Numbered from the stretch's first letter, positions 9,631-19,474 are shown. The stretch: 64,000 nucleotides of DNA from Acetatifactor muris (GCA_023663635.1 JAMPHD010000001.1:390383-454382); one strand, 5' to 3'. Numbers and translations are program-made. Notes: generated from the letters alone by a model not told the origin.

Positions 9631-10200
9631 ATGGAACATATACAGGCGCAGGCCGTGATAGAGGCCGTGCTGTTCACCATGGGGGAGTCCGTGGAGGTGA
9701 GCAGACTGGCGGAAGTGATAGAGGAAGATGTCAAGACCACCAAAGCCATCTTAAAGGAGATGGAGGAGCGCTATGAGCAGGAGGATCGGGGAATCGCCCT
9801 GACCCGGTTGGACAGCGCGGTGCAGTTGTGCACCAAGGCGAGCATGTATGAGCACCTGATCAAAATCGCCAAGGCTCCCCGCAGGATGAGTCTGACGGAC
9901 ACGGTGTTGGAGACGCTGTCCATCATCGCCTACAAGCAGCCGGTGACCAGAGTGGAGATTGAGAAGGTGCGCGGCGTGAGCTGCGATCATGCCATCAACA
10001 AGCTGTTGGAGTACGATCTGATCACGGAGTTGGGCAGACTGGACGCGCCGGGTCGCCCTCTTTTGTTCGGCACCACGGAACAGTTCCTTCGGTGTTTTGG
10101 CGTGAAGAGTCTGGAGGAACTGCCGGAACTCAATCCCGTGCAGATCGAGGAGTTCAAGGCACAGGCGGAGGCCGAGGTGCAGCTCAAACTGGATATCTGA
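9631..10200 (+). CDS. scpB: segregation and condensation protein B
   Basis: ScpB winged-helix repeats (EAVLFTMGESVEVSRLAEVIE...) are present. The gene immediately follows scpA. Confidence 0.85.
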   Translation: MEHIQAQAVIEAVLFTMGESVEVSRLAEVIEEDVKTTKAILKEMEERYEQEDRGIALTRLDSAVQLCTKASMYEHLIKIAKAPRRMSLTDTVLETLSIIAYKQPVTRVEIEKVRGVSCDHAINKLLEYDLITELGRLDAPGRPLLFGTTEQFLRCFGVKSLEELPELNPVQIEEFKAQAEAEVQLKLDI

Positions 10201-10276
10201 ATCATACTATATCCGAATCATAATTGTGGAGAGAGCCCTCATATATATTAGCAAACCGCATGGCGGGGGAAGACTT

Positions 10277-11644
10277 ATGTCAAAGTACCGTAGGAGCGCA
10301 GCGGTCAGGCTGATGGGGGGCTTTTTTTGCGTCTGTTTTTGGATTTTGGCGATGCGGGAGACGACTGTCACGGCGAGGGCGGAGGAGCCGGATCTGAGTC
10401 TCTATGCCACGGCGGCGGTGCTCATGGACGCGGATTCCGGGAGGGTGCTGTATGAGCGGGAAGGCTATACGCCCATGGCAATGGCCAGCACCACCAAGAT
10501 CATGACCTGTATTTTGGTGTTGGAGCAGGGAGAGTTGGACGACATGGCGCAGGTGTCCGCCTACGCGGCCTCCATGCCCAAGGTAAAACTATATGCCGCC
10601 CGGGGGGAGGAGTATCAGGTGCGGAACCTGCTCTTCTCGCTGATGTTGGAGTCCCACAATGATTCCGCGGTGGTGTTGGCGGAATACATCGGGAAAAGAT
10701 ATCTGCCCCCGGAGTTGGCGGAGAAGTCCACGGCGGATTACACGGCGGAGGAGAGCAAACAGGCCGTGAAGGCCTTTGCCAATCTCATGAATGCCAAGGC
10801 AAAAGAGCTGGGCTGTACCGACACATGGTTCATTACGCCCAACGGACTTGACGCCACGGAGACTTTCGAGGGGCCGAACGGGGAGGCCATACAGAAGGAA
10901 CATTGCACCACGGCGGCGGATCTCGCCAGGATCATGGCCTACTGCGTGAAGGAATCCCCCGGGCGGGATCTCTTCCGGGAGATCACCCGCACGGAGAGCT
11001 ATTCCTTCTATGTAAGCGGGGTGAACGGGGCAAACGGGAGGACCGTCACCTGCACCAACCACAACGCTTTTCTGAATATGATGGACGGCGCTTTCAGCGG
11101 CAAGACGGGGTTCACCAACAAGGCGGGGTACTGCTATGTGGGGGCCTTAGAGCGGGGCGGCAGGACCTATGTGGTGGCGCTTTTGGCCTGCGGGTGGCCC
11201 AACAACAAGACCTATAAATGGAGTGATACAAGGACGCTCATGGAGTACGGCCTGGCCAATTTTGACTTCCGGGAGATCCCGGATGAGGGGACGGCCTATG
11301 ACGAGGGAGGGCTGCAGCCTCTGCCGGTGGAGGACGGCCGGACGGCGGTGCTGGGCGACACGGCCCGGGTGGAGCTGATGATCCGCGAACGGCATGACGG
11401 GTCGCAGAGCGCCCGTGATCCGGTGCGCCTTCTCATGAAGAGCGATGAGAAGATCAGCGTGGAGTGCGAGATGGAGCAAAAGCTGCAGGCGCCGGTGGCC
11501 GCGGGCACACCCGTGGGCAGCATTACATACAGCGTGGACGGAAAGGTGTATCTCACCGAGACCATCGTGACCAAAGACGGGGTGGACCGGGTGGAACTGC
11601 GGTGGTGCGTCCGGCAGGTGTTTGAGCGTTTTCTGATGCGCTGA
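10277..11644 (+). CDS. D-alanyl-D-alanine carboxypeptidase, second PBP5-type paralog with a C-terminal domain
   Basis: The MASTTKIMT (SxxK), SHNDSA (SxN) and KTGFT (KTG) motifs are present. There is an N-terminal hydrophobic anchor. Confidence 0.8.
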   Translation: MSKYRRSAAVRLMGGFFCVCFWILAMRETTVTARAEEPDLSLYATAAVLMDADSGRVLYEREGYTPMAMASTTKIMTCILVLEQGELDDMAQVSAYAASMPKVKLYAARGEEYQVRNLLFSLMLESHNDSAVVLAEYIGKRYLPPELAEKSTADYTAEESKQAVKAFANLMNAKAKELGCTDTWFITPNGLDATETFEGPNGEAIQKEHCTTAADLARIMAYCVKESPGRDLFREITRTESYSFYVSGVNGANGRTVTCTNHNAFLNMMDGAFSGKTGFTNKAGYCYVGALERGGRTYVVALLACGWPNNKTYKWSDTRTLMEYGLANFDFREIPDEGTAYDEGGLQPLPVEDGRTAVLGDTARVELMIRERHDGSQSARDPVRLLMKSDEKISVECEMEQKLQAPVAAGTPVGSITYSVDGKVYLTETIVTKDGVDRVELRWCVRQVFERFLMR

Positions 11645-11782
11645 CCTTCGCGGCTTATGCTCGCGCGGGCACCGGCACAAAGTCAACTATGTTGACTTGA
11701 CTCATTATTCGCGGGAATAAAATATTCACTGGAAAATTTTTCTGAAAAATGAAGTTTTGTGGTGGAATTGCACATGGTTTTG

Positions 11783-11809
11783 TGTTATACTAAATATACT
11801 TTCATGAAA
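11783..11809 (+). promoter_or_regulatory. promoter (-10 TATACT / extended TGtTATAC) with overlapping perfect palindrome TTTCATGAAA (KdgR-type operator candidate) upstream of kduI
   Basis: Direct read of tgttatactaaatatactttcatgaaaatc. The TGAAA/TTTCA half-sites resemble KdgR boxes. Confidence 0.4.
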
Positions 11810-11876
11810 ATCAAAATTGGCGGTTTGGGTGCTGCCATGGGCAGTCCGGGGCACGCCAAGGAAAGAGAGGCGTAAG

Positions 11877-12737
11877 GTGGAACTTAGAACAGCAGTATCA
11901 CCAAGAGATGTGAAACATTATACCACAGAACGTCTGAGAGAAGAGTTTCTGATTCAGAACCTTTTCGTACCCGGCGAGATCAAGTTGGTATACAGCCACA
12001 TCGACAGAATCATCACGGGTGCGGCGGTGCCGACGGCCCCCATCACGCTGACTGCGGGAGACGAGCTGAGAGCCGAGTATTTCTGCCAGAGAAGAGAGTT
12101 GGGAGTCATCAACATCGGCGGCGCGGGCACCATCACCGTTGACGGCAGGGTATACAAGGTCGGTTTCAAGGAAGGCATGTATATCGGCATGGGATCGAAA
12201 GACATTGTGTTTGCCAGCGATGACGCGTCCGATCCCGCTAAATTTTATCTGAATTCTGCTCCTGCACACAGAACCTGCCCTACCGTGCTGATCAAGCCGG
12301 AGGGAACTCCCGGGGAGGGCGTGGTGATCGTGAAGGATGAGAATAAAGTGGAACTCGGCTCCTTAGAGGACGCCAACCACAGAGTCATCTGCAAGTACAT
12401 TCTTCCCGGACAGGTGGAGAGCTGCCAGTTGGAGATGGGAATGACCAAACTGGAGCCTGGCAGCGTGTGGAACACCATGCCCTGCCACACCCACGACAGA
12501 CGTATGGAAGTGTATCTGTACTTTGAGATGCCCGAGGACGCCTTTGTGATGCATTACATGGGCGAACCTCAGGAGACGCGCCACATTGTCATGAGAAACG
12601 AGGAGGCCGTGATCTCCCCCAGTTGGTCCATCCATTCCGGATGCGGCTCCAGAGCCTATACCTTTATCTGGGGCATGGTGGGTGAGAATCAGGACTTCGA
12701 TGACATGGACGGCGTGGACACGAAAGATCTGATGTAA
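11877..12737 (+). CDS. kduI: 5-dehydro-4-deoxy-D-glucuronate isomerase
   Basis: The FxxExxxxYSHIDRIITG motif near the N-terminus and cupin-domain features are present. The GTG start is preceded by AAAGAGAGG. The product is 286 aa, as expected for KduI. Confidence 0.82.
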   Translation: MELRTAVSPRDVKHYTTERLREEFLIQNLFVPGEIKLVYSHIDRIITGAAVPTAPITLTAGDELRAEYFCQRRELGVINIGGAGTITVDGRVYKVGFKEGMYIGMGSKDIVFASDDASDPAKFYLNSAPAHRTCPTVLIKPEGTPGEGVVIVKDENKVELGSLEDANHRVICKYILPGQVESCQLEMGMTKLEPGSVWNTMPCHTHDRRMEVYLYFEMPEDAFVMHYMGEPQETRHIVMRNEEAVISPSWSIHSGCGSRAYTFIWGMVGENQDFDDMDGVDTKDLM

Positions 12738-12765
12738 AAATCTTTAAAAGAAAAGGAGAGACAAA

Positions 12766-13569
12766 ATGAGCAACTACACAAATTTCAGCCTGGAAGGCAA
12801 AGTGGCGCTGGTGACGGGCGCAACCTACGGCATCGGTTTTGCGATCGCTTCCGCATACGCAGAAGCAGGCGCGACCATCTGTTTTAACGATCGCACGAAG
12901 GACAAGTTGGAGCAGGGGATTGCGGCATACGCGGAAAAAGGCATCAAGGCGCATGGTTATGTGTGTGACGTGACTGATGAGGATGCCGTAAACGCCATGG
13001 TGGCACAGATCGAGAAAGAGGTCGGCGTGATCGATATCCTTGTGAACAACGCGGGTATCATCAAGAGAATTCCCATGACCGAGATGAGCGCTGAAGAGTT
13101 CAGACAGGTTGTGGATGTGGATCTGAACGCTCCTTTCATCGTGGCCAAGGCAGTCATTCCTTCCATGATCAAGAAGGGCGGCGGCAAGATCATCAACATC
13201 TGCTCCATGATGTCCGAGCTCGGCCGTGAGACGGTCTCCGCATATGCGGCAGGTAAGGGCGGACTGAAGATGCTGACCAAGAATATCTGTGCAGAGTATG
13301 CTCAATATAACATCCAGTGCAACGGCATCGGACCCGGCTATATCGCGACGCCTCAGACCGCTCCTCTGCGCGAGAAACAGGCAGACGGCAGCAGACATCC
13401 TTTCGACGAGTTCATCTGCGCGAGAACTCCCGCCGGCAGATGGTTGGATCCTCAGGAGCTCACCGGCCCCGCAGTGTTCCTGGCATCTCCCGCTTCCGAT
13501 GCGGTGAACGGCCATATCCTCTACGTGGACGGCGGTATCCTTGCCTACATCGGCAAGCAGCCCTCCTGA
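12766..13569 (+). CDS. kduD: 2-dehydro-3-deoxy-D-gluconate 5-dehydrogenase (SDR family)
   Basis: The TGATYGIGFAIA Rossmann motif and the SDR catalytic YxxxK are present. It is adjacent to kduI. Confidence 0.8.
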   Translation: MSNYTNFSLEGKVALVTGATYGIGFAIASAYAEAGATICFNDRTKDKLEQGIAAYAEKGIKAHGYVCDVTDEDAVNAMVAQIEKEVGVIDILVNNAGIIKRIPMTEMSAEEFRQVVDVDLNAPFIVAKAVIPSMIKKGGGKIINICSMMSELGRETVSAYAAGKGGLKMLTKNICAEYAQYNIQCNGIGPGYIATPQTAPLREKQADGSRHPFDEFICARTPAGRWLDPQELTGPAVFLASPASDAVNGHILYVDGGILAYIGKQPS

Positions 13570-13601
13570 TCGCGCGAGACTAAGTGGAGAGGTTTACGGA
13601 C

Positions 13602-14240
13602 ATGAAGATTGCATTGATCAACGAAAACAGTCAGGCAGGAAAGAACGATATGATCTGTGCCACCCTGAAAAAGGTGGTGGAGCCCATGGGGCATGAGGTG
13701 TTCAACTACGGCATGTGCGGCGCGGAGGATCCCAATTCCCTCACCTATGTGCAGAATGGAATCCTGGCGGCAGTGCTCCTCAATTCCGGAGCGGCAGACT
13801 ATGTCATCACGGGCTGCGGTACGGGAGAGGGCGCGATGCTCGCCTGCAACTCCTTCCCCAAGGTGCTCTGCGGACACATTGAGTCCCCTCTGGACGCATA
13901 TCTGTTCTCACAGGTAAATGACGGCAACTGCGTGGCTCTTCCCTTCGCCGAGAATTTCGGTTGGGGCGGAGAGCTGAATCTGCAGTACATTTTTGAGAAA
14001 CTGTTCTGCGCTCCCGGCGGTGGCGGCTATCCCCCTGAGAGAGTAGAACCCGAGCAGCGCAACAAGAAGATCTTGGACAAGGTGAAAGAGGTGACGCACA
14101 CCGATATGGTGACCATCCTTCGGAATCTGGATCGGGATCTGGTGAAGGGCGCGCTCTCCGGCGCAAAGTTTCAGGAGTATTTCTCCGCAAACTGCAAATG
14201 TGACAAGATCGCGGAGGCAGTGAAAGAGGTTTTGGCATAG
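13602..14240 (+). CDS. RpiB/LacA/LacB-family sugar(-phosphate) isomerase homolog with a C-terminal extension
   Basis: The MKIALxxE N-terminus, the GxCGTGxG active-site region and the LC(G)H motif are typical of RpiB/LacAB isomerases. The 212-aa product is longer than canonical RpiB. Confidence 0.6.
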   Translation: MKIALINENSQAGKNDMICATLKKVVEPMGHEVFNYGMCGAEDPNSLTYVQNGILAAVLLNSGAADYVITGCGTGEGAMLACNSFPKVLCGHIESPLDAYLFSQVNDGNCVALPFAENFGWGGELNLQYIFEKLFCAPGGGGYPPERVEPEQRNKKILDKVKEVTHTDMVTILRNLDRDLVKGALSGAKFQEYFSANCKCDKIAEAVKEVLA

Positions 14241-14333
14241 CGGAAGTTTGGGCGTAAGATGAGTTCTGGCGCAATTCTTCCGGTTCCAAGGCCCGGATCA
14301 TTAAAACCGGCCGCCTGAGGCGGCAGAAAGAGG

Positions 14334-15305
14334 ATGAATATGAACGCAGTATTAGAGCAAATCAGCAAAATCGGCATTGTTCCGGTCGTGAAGATCGACA
14401 GGGCGGAGGATGCTCTTCCCTTGGCGAAGGCTCTGTGCGCAGGCGGACTTCCCTGCGCTGAGGTTACTTTCCGCACCGATGCGGCCGCAGAGGCCATCAA
14501 GATCATGACGGACAATTTCCCCAACATGTGCGTGGGCGCAGGTACCGTGCTGAATGCGGCACAGGTGGATGCGGCAGTGGCAGCGGGATCCAAATTTATC
14601 GTGAGTCCCGGCCTGAATCCCAAGACCGTCAAGTATTGTCTGGAGAAAGGGGTGCCCATCACTCCCGGCACTTCCAGCCCCTCCGATATCGAGCAGGCCA
14701 TCGAGTTGGGTCTCGACGTGGTGAAGTTCTTCCCTGCGGAGCAGTCCGGCGGTCTTGCCAAGATCAAGGCTATGGCAGCTCCCTATGTGAACATGAAGTT
14801 CATGCCTACCGGCGGTGTAAATGCCAAGAATCTGACCTCTTATCTGGACTTCCCCAAGATCATCGCGTGCGGCGGTTCCTGGATGGTTCCCGGCGATCTG
14901 ATCAATGCGGGCGAGTGGGATAAGATCGAGCAGCTGACCCGCGAGGCAGTGCAGACCATGTTGGGCTTTGAGTTGGCTCACATCGGTGTGAATGCCGAGA
15001 ATGCCGAGGAGGCAGAGAAGGCAGCCAACCGTTTTGCATTTATCTTCGGTATGCCCGCCAAAGTGGGCAACAGTTCCGTATTCGCCGGCACGGCTCTGGA
15101 GGTGATGAAGAGCCCGTATCTCGGCAAGAACGGTCATATTGCGATCCGCACCAATTACATCGACAGGGCAGTGAACTATCTGAGCACCGTTCTGGGCGTG
15201 GAGTTTGACGAGTCCACCGCCAAGAAGGATGCCAAGGGCGGATTGAAAGCCATCTACCTCAAGGAGGAGATCGGCGGTTTTGCGGTACATCTCGTGCAGA
15301 AGTAA
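14334..15305 (+). CDS. eda: KDPG/KHG aldolase (Eda) with an extra ~110-aa C-terminal domain (VOC/glyoxalase-like?)
   Basis: The first ~210 aa match the Eda fold (GIVPVVKI, ...VGAGTVL, FPA, PTGGV). The C-terminal extension is unusual. Confidence 0.72.
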   Translation: MNMNAVLEQISKIGIVPVVKIDRAEDALPLAKALCAGGLPCAEVTFRTDAAAEAIKIMTDNFPNMCVGAGTVLNAAQVDAAVAAGSKFIVSPGLNPKTVKYCLEKGVPITPGTSSPSDIEQAIELGLDVVKFFPAEQSGGLAKIKAMAAPYVNMKFMPTGGVNAKNLTSYLDFPKIIACGGSWMVPGDLINAGEWDKIEQLTREAVQTMLGFELAHIGVNAENAEEAEKAANRFAFIFGMPAKVGNSSVFAGTALEVMKSPYLGKNGHIAIRTNYIDRAVNYLSTVLGVEFDESTAKKDAKGGLKAIYLKEEIGGFAVHLVQK

Positions 15306-15379
15306 TCACAAAACAGCGGGCGGCGCGCTCTGCGAACTGCCCTTATGTTAATAAAAAGTAAGAAAGGAATAAGACGACA

Positions 15380-16411
15380 ATGGCAAAAGTAATTACCATG
15401 GGTGAGATCATGCTGAGACTGTCCACCCCCAACAACGAGAAATTCATTCAGGCGGACGAGTTTGATGTTTGTTACGGAGGCGGCGAGGCCAATGTGGCAG
15501 TATCTCTGGCCAACTATGGCCATGACGCGGAGTTTGTGACTGCCGTTCCCGACAATGAGATCGGTGAGTGCGCGGTTGCGGCACTGAGAAAATACGGCGT
15601 GGAGACCAAGAATATCGCAAGATGCGGCGAGAGACTCGGCATCTACTATCTGGAGAGCGGATCTTCCATGAGACCCTCCAAGGTTGTGTATGACAGAGCT
15701 CATTCCTCCATCTCCACCGCGACCGAGGCAGATTTCGATTTTGACAAGATCTTTGAGGGCGCTGACTGGTTCCATTTCACCGGCATCACTCCCGCCGTGT
15801 CCGACAGCGCTGCCGAGTTGACGGAGAAGGCTTTGATCGCTGCCAAGAAACATGGCGTGAAGGTTTCCGTTGACTTGAACTTCCGCAAGAAATTGTGGTC
15901 TTCCGAGAAGGCTCAGAAGGTTATGAAGAATCTGATGAAGTATGTGGATGTCTGCATCGGCAACGAGGAAGACGCAGAGTTGGTTCTGGGCTACAAGCCC
16001 GGCAACACCGATGTGACCAGCGGCGATCTGGAGTTGGCAGGTTACAAGTCCATCTTCGAGCAGATGGTGGCAGATTACAACTTTGAGTACTGCATCTCCT
16101 CCCTGCGCGTGAGCCATTCCGCTTCCGACAACGGTTGGTCCGCATGTATCTACTCCAGAGACACCAAGGAGTTCTATCACTCCAAGGAGTACAGCATCCA
16201 CCCCATCGTTGACCGTGTGGGCGGCGGCGATTCCTTTGCGGGCGGCGTGATCTGCGGTCTGGTGGACGGCAAGGATTTCAAGTCTGCACTTGAGTACGGC
16301 GTGGCAGCTTCCGCTCTGAAACATACCATTCCCGGCGACTTCAATCTGGTTTCCAGAAAAGAGGTTGAGACCTTGGCCGGCGGCGATGCTTCCGGACGCG
16401 TACAGCGCTAA
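15380..16411 (+). CDS. kdgK: 2-dehydro-3-deoxygluconokinase (PfkB family)
   Basis: It has the PfkB ribokinase-like fold, a GGGEANVAV N-terminal motif and a C-terminal DRVGGGDSFAGG motif. Confidence 0.85.
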   Translation: MAKVITMGEIMLRLSTPNNEKFIQADEFDVCYGGGEANVAVSLANYGHDAEFVTAVPDNEIGECAVAALRKYGVETKNIARCGERLGIYYLESGSSMRPSKVVYDRAHSSISTATEADFDFDKIFEGADWFHFTGITPAVSDSAAELTEKALIAAKKHGVKVSVDLNFRKKLWSSEKAQKVMKNLMKYVDVCIGNEEDAELVLGYKPGNTDVTSGDLELAGYKSIFEQMVADYNFEYCISSLRVSHSASDNGWSACIYSRDTKEFYHSKEYSIHPIVDRVGGGDSFAGGVICGLVDGKDFKSALEYGVAASALKHTIPGDFNLVSRKEVETLAGGDASGRVQR

Positions 16412-16428
16412 TATCACTGACAGAAATG

Positions 16429-16462
16429 ACACAGGTGGGTCTTGCGCTCACCTGTGTTTTTC
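16429..16462 (+). terminator. rho-independent terminator after kdgK
   Basis: The hairpin acacaggtg...cacctgtgt is followed by TTTTT. Confidence 0.6.
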
Positions 16463-16489
16463 CGTTGTATAAACGGGATATACCCGTGA

Positions 16490-17743
16490 ATGGGCCGGCA
16501 GACGGACAAGCGCCGCCGGGGGAACAATAGCCGGGAAATGAGGACGGATATGGGACAGAATCAGGCCGATGGCAGAAAAATTGGAAAAGCCGAGATCTTT
16601 TGGGGATTGCTCCTGGTGGTGAGCATTGTCTGTATGTGGATGGCACAGCGGGCAGTGCCTGTCATGATGGATGATGAGTGGTATGGCACCATTCTCTCCT
16701 CTGACAGGCCCCTCACCTCTCTGAGAGACATTTTACATGCACAGATCTGGCATTATCACAACTGGGGCGGGCGCACCGTGGCGCATACCATGGCTCAGTT
16801 GATCCTGCTGTATGTGAGCGAGCCGGTGGCCAATGTGCTCAATGTGGCCATGATCGTGCTGTTGGCATGGATGATGAACGCCATGATGGGGAACAGGCGG
16901 CTTGCTTTTGTGACGCTGACCATCGGATTTCTGCACGGTCTCAATGCCGATTGGAAGATGAGTATGTATTGGCAGACGGGAGCCTGTAATTATCTCTATA
17001 CCACGGTGCTCATTCTGGCTTTTTTGTGGATGTATCTGAGGGAGTTGGAGAGAAGTCCGGAGCGGGGGCGGGGCGAAACGGCAAGGCCCTTGGGCGGGCA
17101 GAGACGCGGTTTCCCGCTCCTGATAGTGCTCGCTCCCGTTCTGGGACTTCTGAGCGGTTGGACCAATGAAAATATGGGGCCCGCGGTGTGGGTGCTCACG
17201 ATACTCGTGATGATCCTCTTAAAGAGGGCAGGACAGAAGATTGCGCTCTGGATGCCCTTGGGCAGCGCTGCCTGTCTGGCGGGCAGCGCATTGATGTTGC
17301 TCGCTCCCGGAAACGCCGTCCGCAGCGCTGAGGTAGTTTCACATGAATATGGGACTCTGTGGCAGATTTTTCTCAGGATGTATGGCGTGTGCAGGGGAGC
17401 GTGGGAATATCTCTTCCCGGCCATATTGGTGACGGTCGGATTGGTCTGGGTCAATGTGTGTGTGTTGGGCAACCGTCTGCGCAAGCAGGAGACCCTTTTG
17501 CTGACAGGGGCGGCATTGTCATGGGGCGCCATGGCGCTGTCCCCCCATTATCCCGAGAGAGCCGCCTTTGGCACCCTGTGTTTTCTTCTCTGTGTGGCGT
17601 TTTCTCAGGCGGCATCCATATTAAAGAGCCGGAACAACCGGTTCTGTGCGCCGGCGCTGGCAGGGCTCGGTGTCTTCATCTGGCTGCGGGGGATGTTCGT
17701 GTTGGGGGAGTTTTTGTCCATCAGTTGGGGATGGATTCGGTAG
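16490..17743 (+). CDS. polytopic membrane protein (hypothetical)
   Basis: It has many hydrophobic helices. No family could be recognised. The true start may be an internal Met. Confidence 0.45.
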   Translation: MGRQTDKRRRGNNSREMRTDMGQNQADGRKIGKAEIFWGLLLVVSIVCMWMAQRAVPVMMDDEWYGTILSSDRPLTSLRDILHAQIWHYHNWGGRTVAHTMAQLILLYVSEPVANVLNVAMIVLLAWMMNAMMGNRRLAFVTLTIGFLHGLNADWKMSMYWQTGACNYLYTTVLILAFLWMYLRELERSPERGRGETARPLGGQRRGFPLLIVLAPVLGLLSGWTNENMGPAVWVLTILVMILLKRAGQKIALWMPLGSAACLAGSALMLLAPGNAVRSAEVVSHEYGTLWQIFLRMYGVCRGAWEYLFPAILVTVGLVWVNVCVLGNRLRKQETLLLTGAALSWGAMALSPHYPERAAFGTLCFLLCVAFSQAASILKSRNNRFCAPALAGLGVFIWLRGMFVLGEFLSISWGWIR

Positions 17744-17764
17744 AGCGGAGACAGGAGGGTATTC

Positions 17765-18061
17765 TTATGATTCCGGTGTAATGGTAAGTGTGGTGCCGTT
17801 TACACTGTATGTTACCTGTGTGCCGAGTTTAGCGATCTGCGCGTTCAGCAGCGCGACCTGCGTGCCTAGTTGTGCGACCTGCGTGTCCAGCTGTGCGACC
17901 TGTGTGTCCAGTGAGGTGATCCGATCCTGCAGAGTGCTCCCATCGTCAAATTCCACATCGGATGCTTTTGTCCAAAACGAGATCCGTTGCCACAACATGG
18001 TGGTCTCGTCTATCAGTTTTCTGAACTTTCTTCCTGTTACGATTGTCTCATGAATTGCCAT
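17765..18061 (-). CDS. tail-fiber-tip-like protein (98 aa) with coiled-coil heptad repeats
   Basis: The C-terminus (LGTQVTYSVNGTTLTITPES) is homologous to the C-terminus of the 417-aa fiber (LGTQTTYSANGTTLYITPK), and the DNA is similar too. Internal 21-bp tandem repeats encode QLDTQVA units. Confidence 0.5.
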   Translation of the reverse strand: MAIHETIVTGRKFRKLIDETTMLWQRISFWTKASDVEFDDGSTLQDRITSLDTQVAQLDTQVAQLGTQVALLNAQIAKLGTQVTYSVNGTTLTITPES

Positions 18062-18109
18062 ATCAATCTTCCTCCTGTGAACTGTTTAATTTGCAATTGG
18101 TTTTCCGGT

Positions 18110-18592
18110 TTAAATCCAGATGGTATTTTGCGTGACATGGGGTGGTTCCAATTCATCTTTGGTCATCTCTGTATCTCCTATGAATATGCAAAGCATTTCA
18201 AAGGGATCTGCGGTATCATCCGCCGAGAACAACAGAATTGATTTGAGAGGTTCTTCCGAGTCCGTATCGGAAAATATGGATACTCCATAAGTTTTTTCCT
18301 CATAATAGCAAAAGGGCTGTTGTTTCACCGGCTTGCTCAGCAGATAGTCTTGAAGACTGTCGATACGATTCTCTATCAGGTTCAGAAAATTCGCAAAAAA
18401 TCCGTAAATACCTTCCTGTTGGTCTGCATGATCGCAAGCCGCATCGTATCGGCCCTGTGCCACAAGACTGTCATAGTGCCGCATGACCTCTATATTTTTG
18501 AGGTTTGTGTCTTGGAAAAATGTCATGGCATCCACATGGTCGGGATACCGGGATGCAGGATCACATAACATGGTCACACACCCCCTAACCAT
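18110..18592 (-). CDS. hypothetical phage protein
   Basis: The ORF lies in the minus-strand phage gene array. Its start is uncertain because it overlaps the upstream gene. Confidence 0.35.
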   Translation of the reverse strand: MVRGCVTMLCDPASRYPDHVDAMTFFQDTNLKNIEVMRHYDSLVAQGRYDAACDHADQQEGIYGFFANFLNLIENRIDSLQDYLLSKPVKQQPFCYYEEKTYGVSIFSDTDSEEPLKSILLFSADDTADPFEMLCIFIGDTEMTKDELEPPHVTQNTIWI

Positions 18593-18912
18593 ACATCGCC
18601 TTCAATGCCGTCGAAGTCTTGGGCATACTCGTCAAACCAGATGGTCTGCTGTTTTTGGCGGGCATATTTTTGCGTGTTATAAATCTCTTCTTCCCATGTC
18701 CGAAATGTAACGGCATCAACGATGTAATGGGATAAAATGTCCCGATTGGCCTCAATGATGCGGGCGGCCCGGTCATACAGGCCCTGTGCCCGCAGGTCAT
18801 TGATCTGTCGAACGATTTCGGCAATGCCGTCGTCCACATTTTTGAACTCATGTCTTATGATCTTCCGGGACGGAAAGCTGCTGAATTCATTTTCGAATCT
18901 CGCCATAATCAT
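18574..18912 (-). CDS. hypothetical phage protein
   Basis: A 112-aa ORF sits between tail genes. No motifs were recognised. Confidence 0.4.
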   Translation of the reverse strand: MIMARFENEFSSFPSRKIIRHEFKNVDDGIAEIVRQINDLRAQGLYDRAARIIEANRDILSHYIVDAVTFRTWEEEIYNTQKYARQKQQTIWFDEYAQDFDGIEGDVWLGGV

Positions 18913-18919
18913 TCCCTCC

Positions 18920-19462
18920 TTAGCTGAATGTCAGGCCGCTGAAATCAAAGTTTACGTAATTGGCTATATCGGAGTTGTAATTGTGAATGTCCGACCACCC
19001 TTTGCCACTGAATGTGATGGTGCGCCTGGTGATATAGCCGTCTATCCCAAACGGGCCGTATGTGCCTCCGTAATGCTCGCCTCCGGGTAAATGACAGATA
19101 ATACCCCCAATATCAACGTAAGAGTCATATTCGCTCTCCAACAAAAACGCAAAGTATCTGTTGGGGTCCGTGTAGATATGAAAGCTGCCGCTCACATGCG
19201 CCGGAGCGGAAGCATCAATGCCGGCAAGGATCACGGATCCGATGTCAAACAGGCCGCTATCCCAATCCACATTATTGTTGTAGGGGTATTTGGCCACACC
19301 GTTCGCGACAGTTGCCTTGCTCAAAAGCCACCTGACCACTGCCGAACTTCCGGGAACCGAATCCACTAACTTGTACATACCGTTCTGGTAGTTGATCTGT
19401 GTAATGGGTAAACCCGCATAAGATATGGTATCCAATTGAGTGCCATTGTAAAGTATTGCCAT
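18920..19462 (-). CDS. phage tail-associated protein (hypothetical)
   Basis: It immediately follows the tail fiber gene and is Gly/Tyr-rich, like receptor-binding accessory proteins. Confidence 0.45.
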   Translation of the reverse strand: MAILYNGTQLDTISYAGLPITQINYQNGMYKLVDSVPGSSAVVRWLLSKATVANGVAKYPYNNNVDWDSGLFDIGSVILAGIDASAPAHVSGSFHIYTDPNRYFAFLLESEYDSYVDIGGIICHLPGGEHYGGTYGPFGIDGYITRRTITFSGKGWSDIHNYNSDIANYVNFDFSGLTFS

Positions 19463-19474
19463 GTAATCCGCCTC

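Noticed and set aside
14352-16432. 312-aa and 392-aa minus-strand ORFs
   Set aside because: They are antisense to eda and kdgK, both confidently identified.
17744-17770. Attachment-site duplication of the tRNA-Leu 3' end at the left boundary of the phage-derived element
   Set aside because: No match to the tRNA 3' sequence was found by eye at the left boundary or near 43 kb, so integration at this tRNA cannot be supported from the window.
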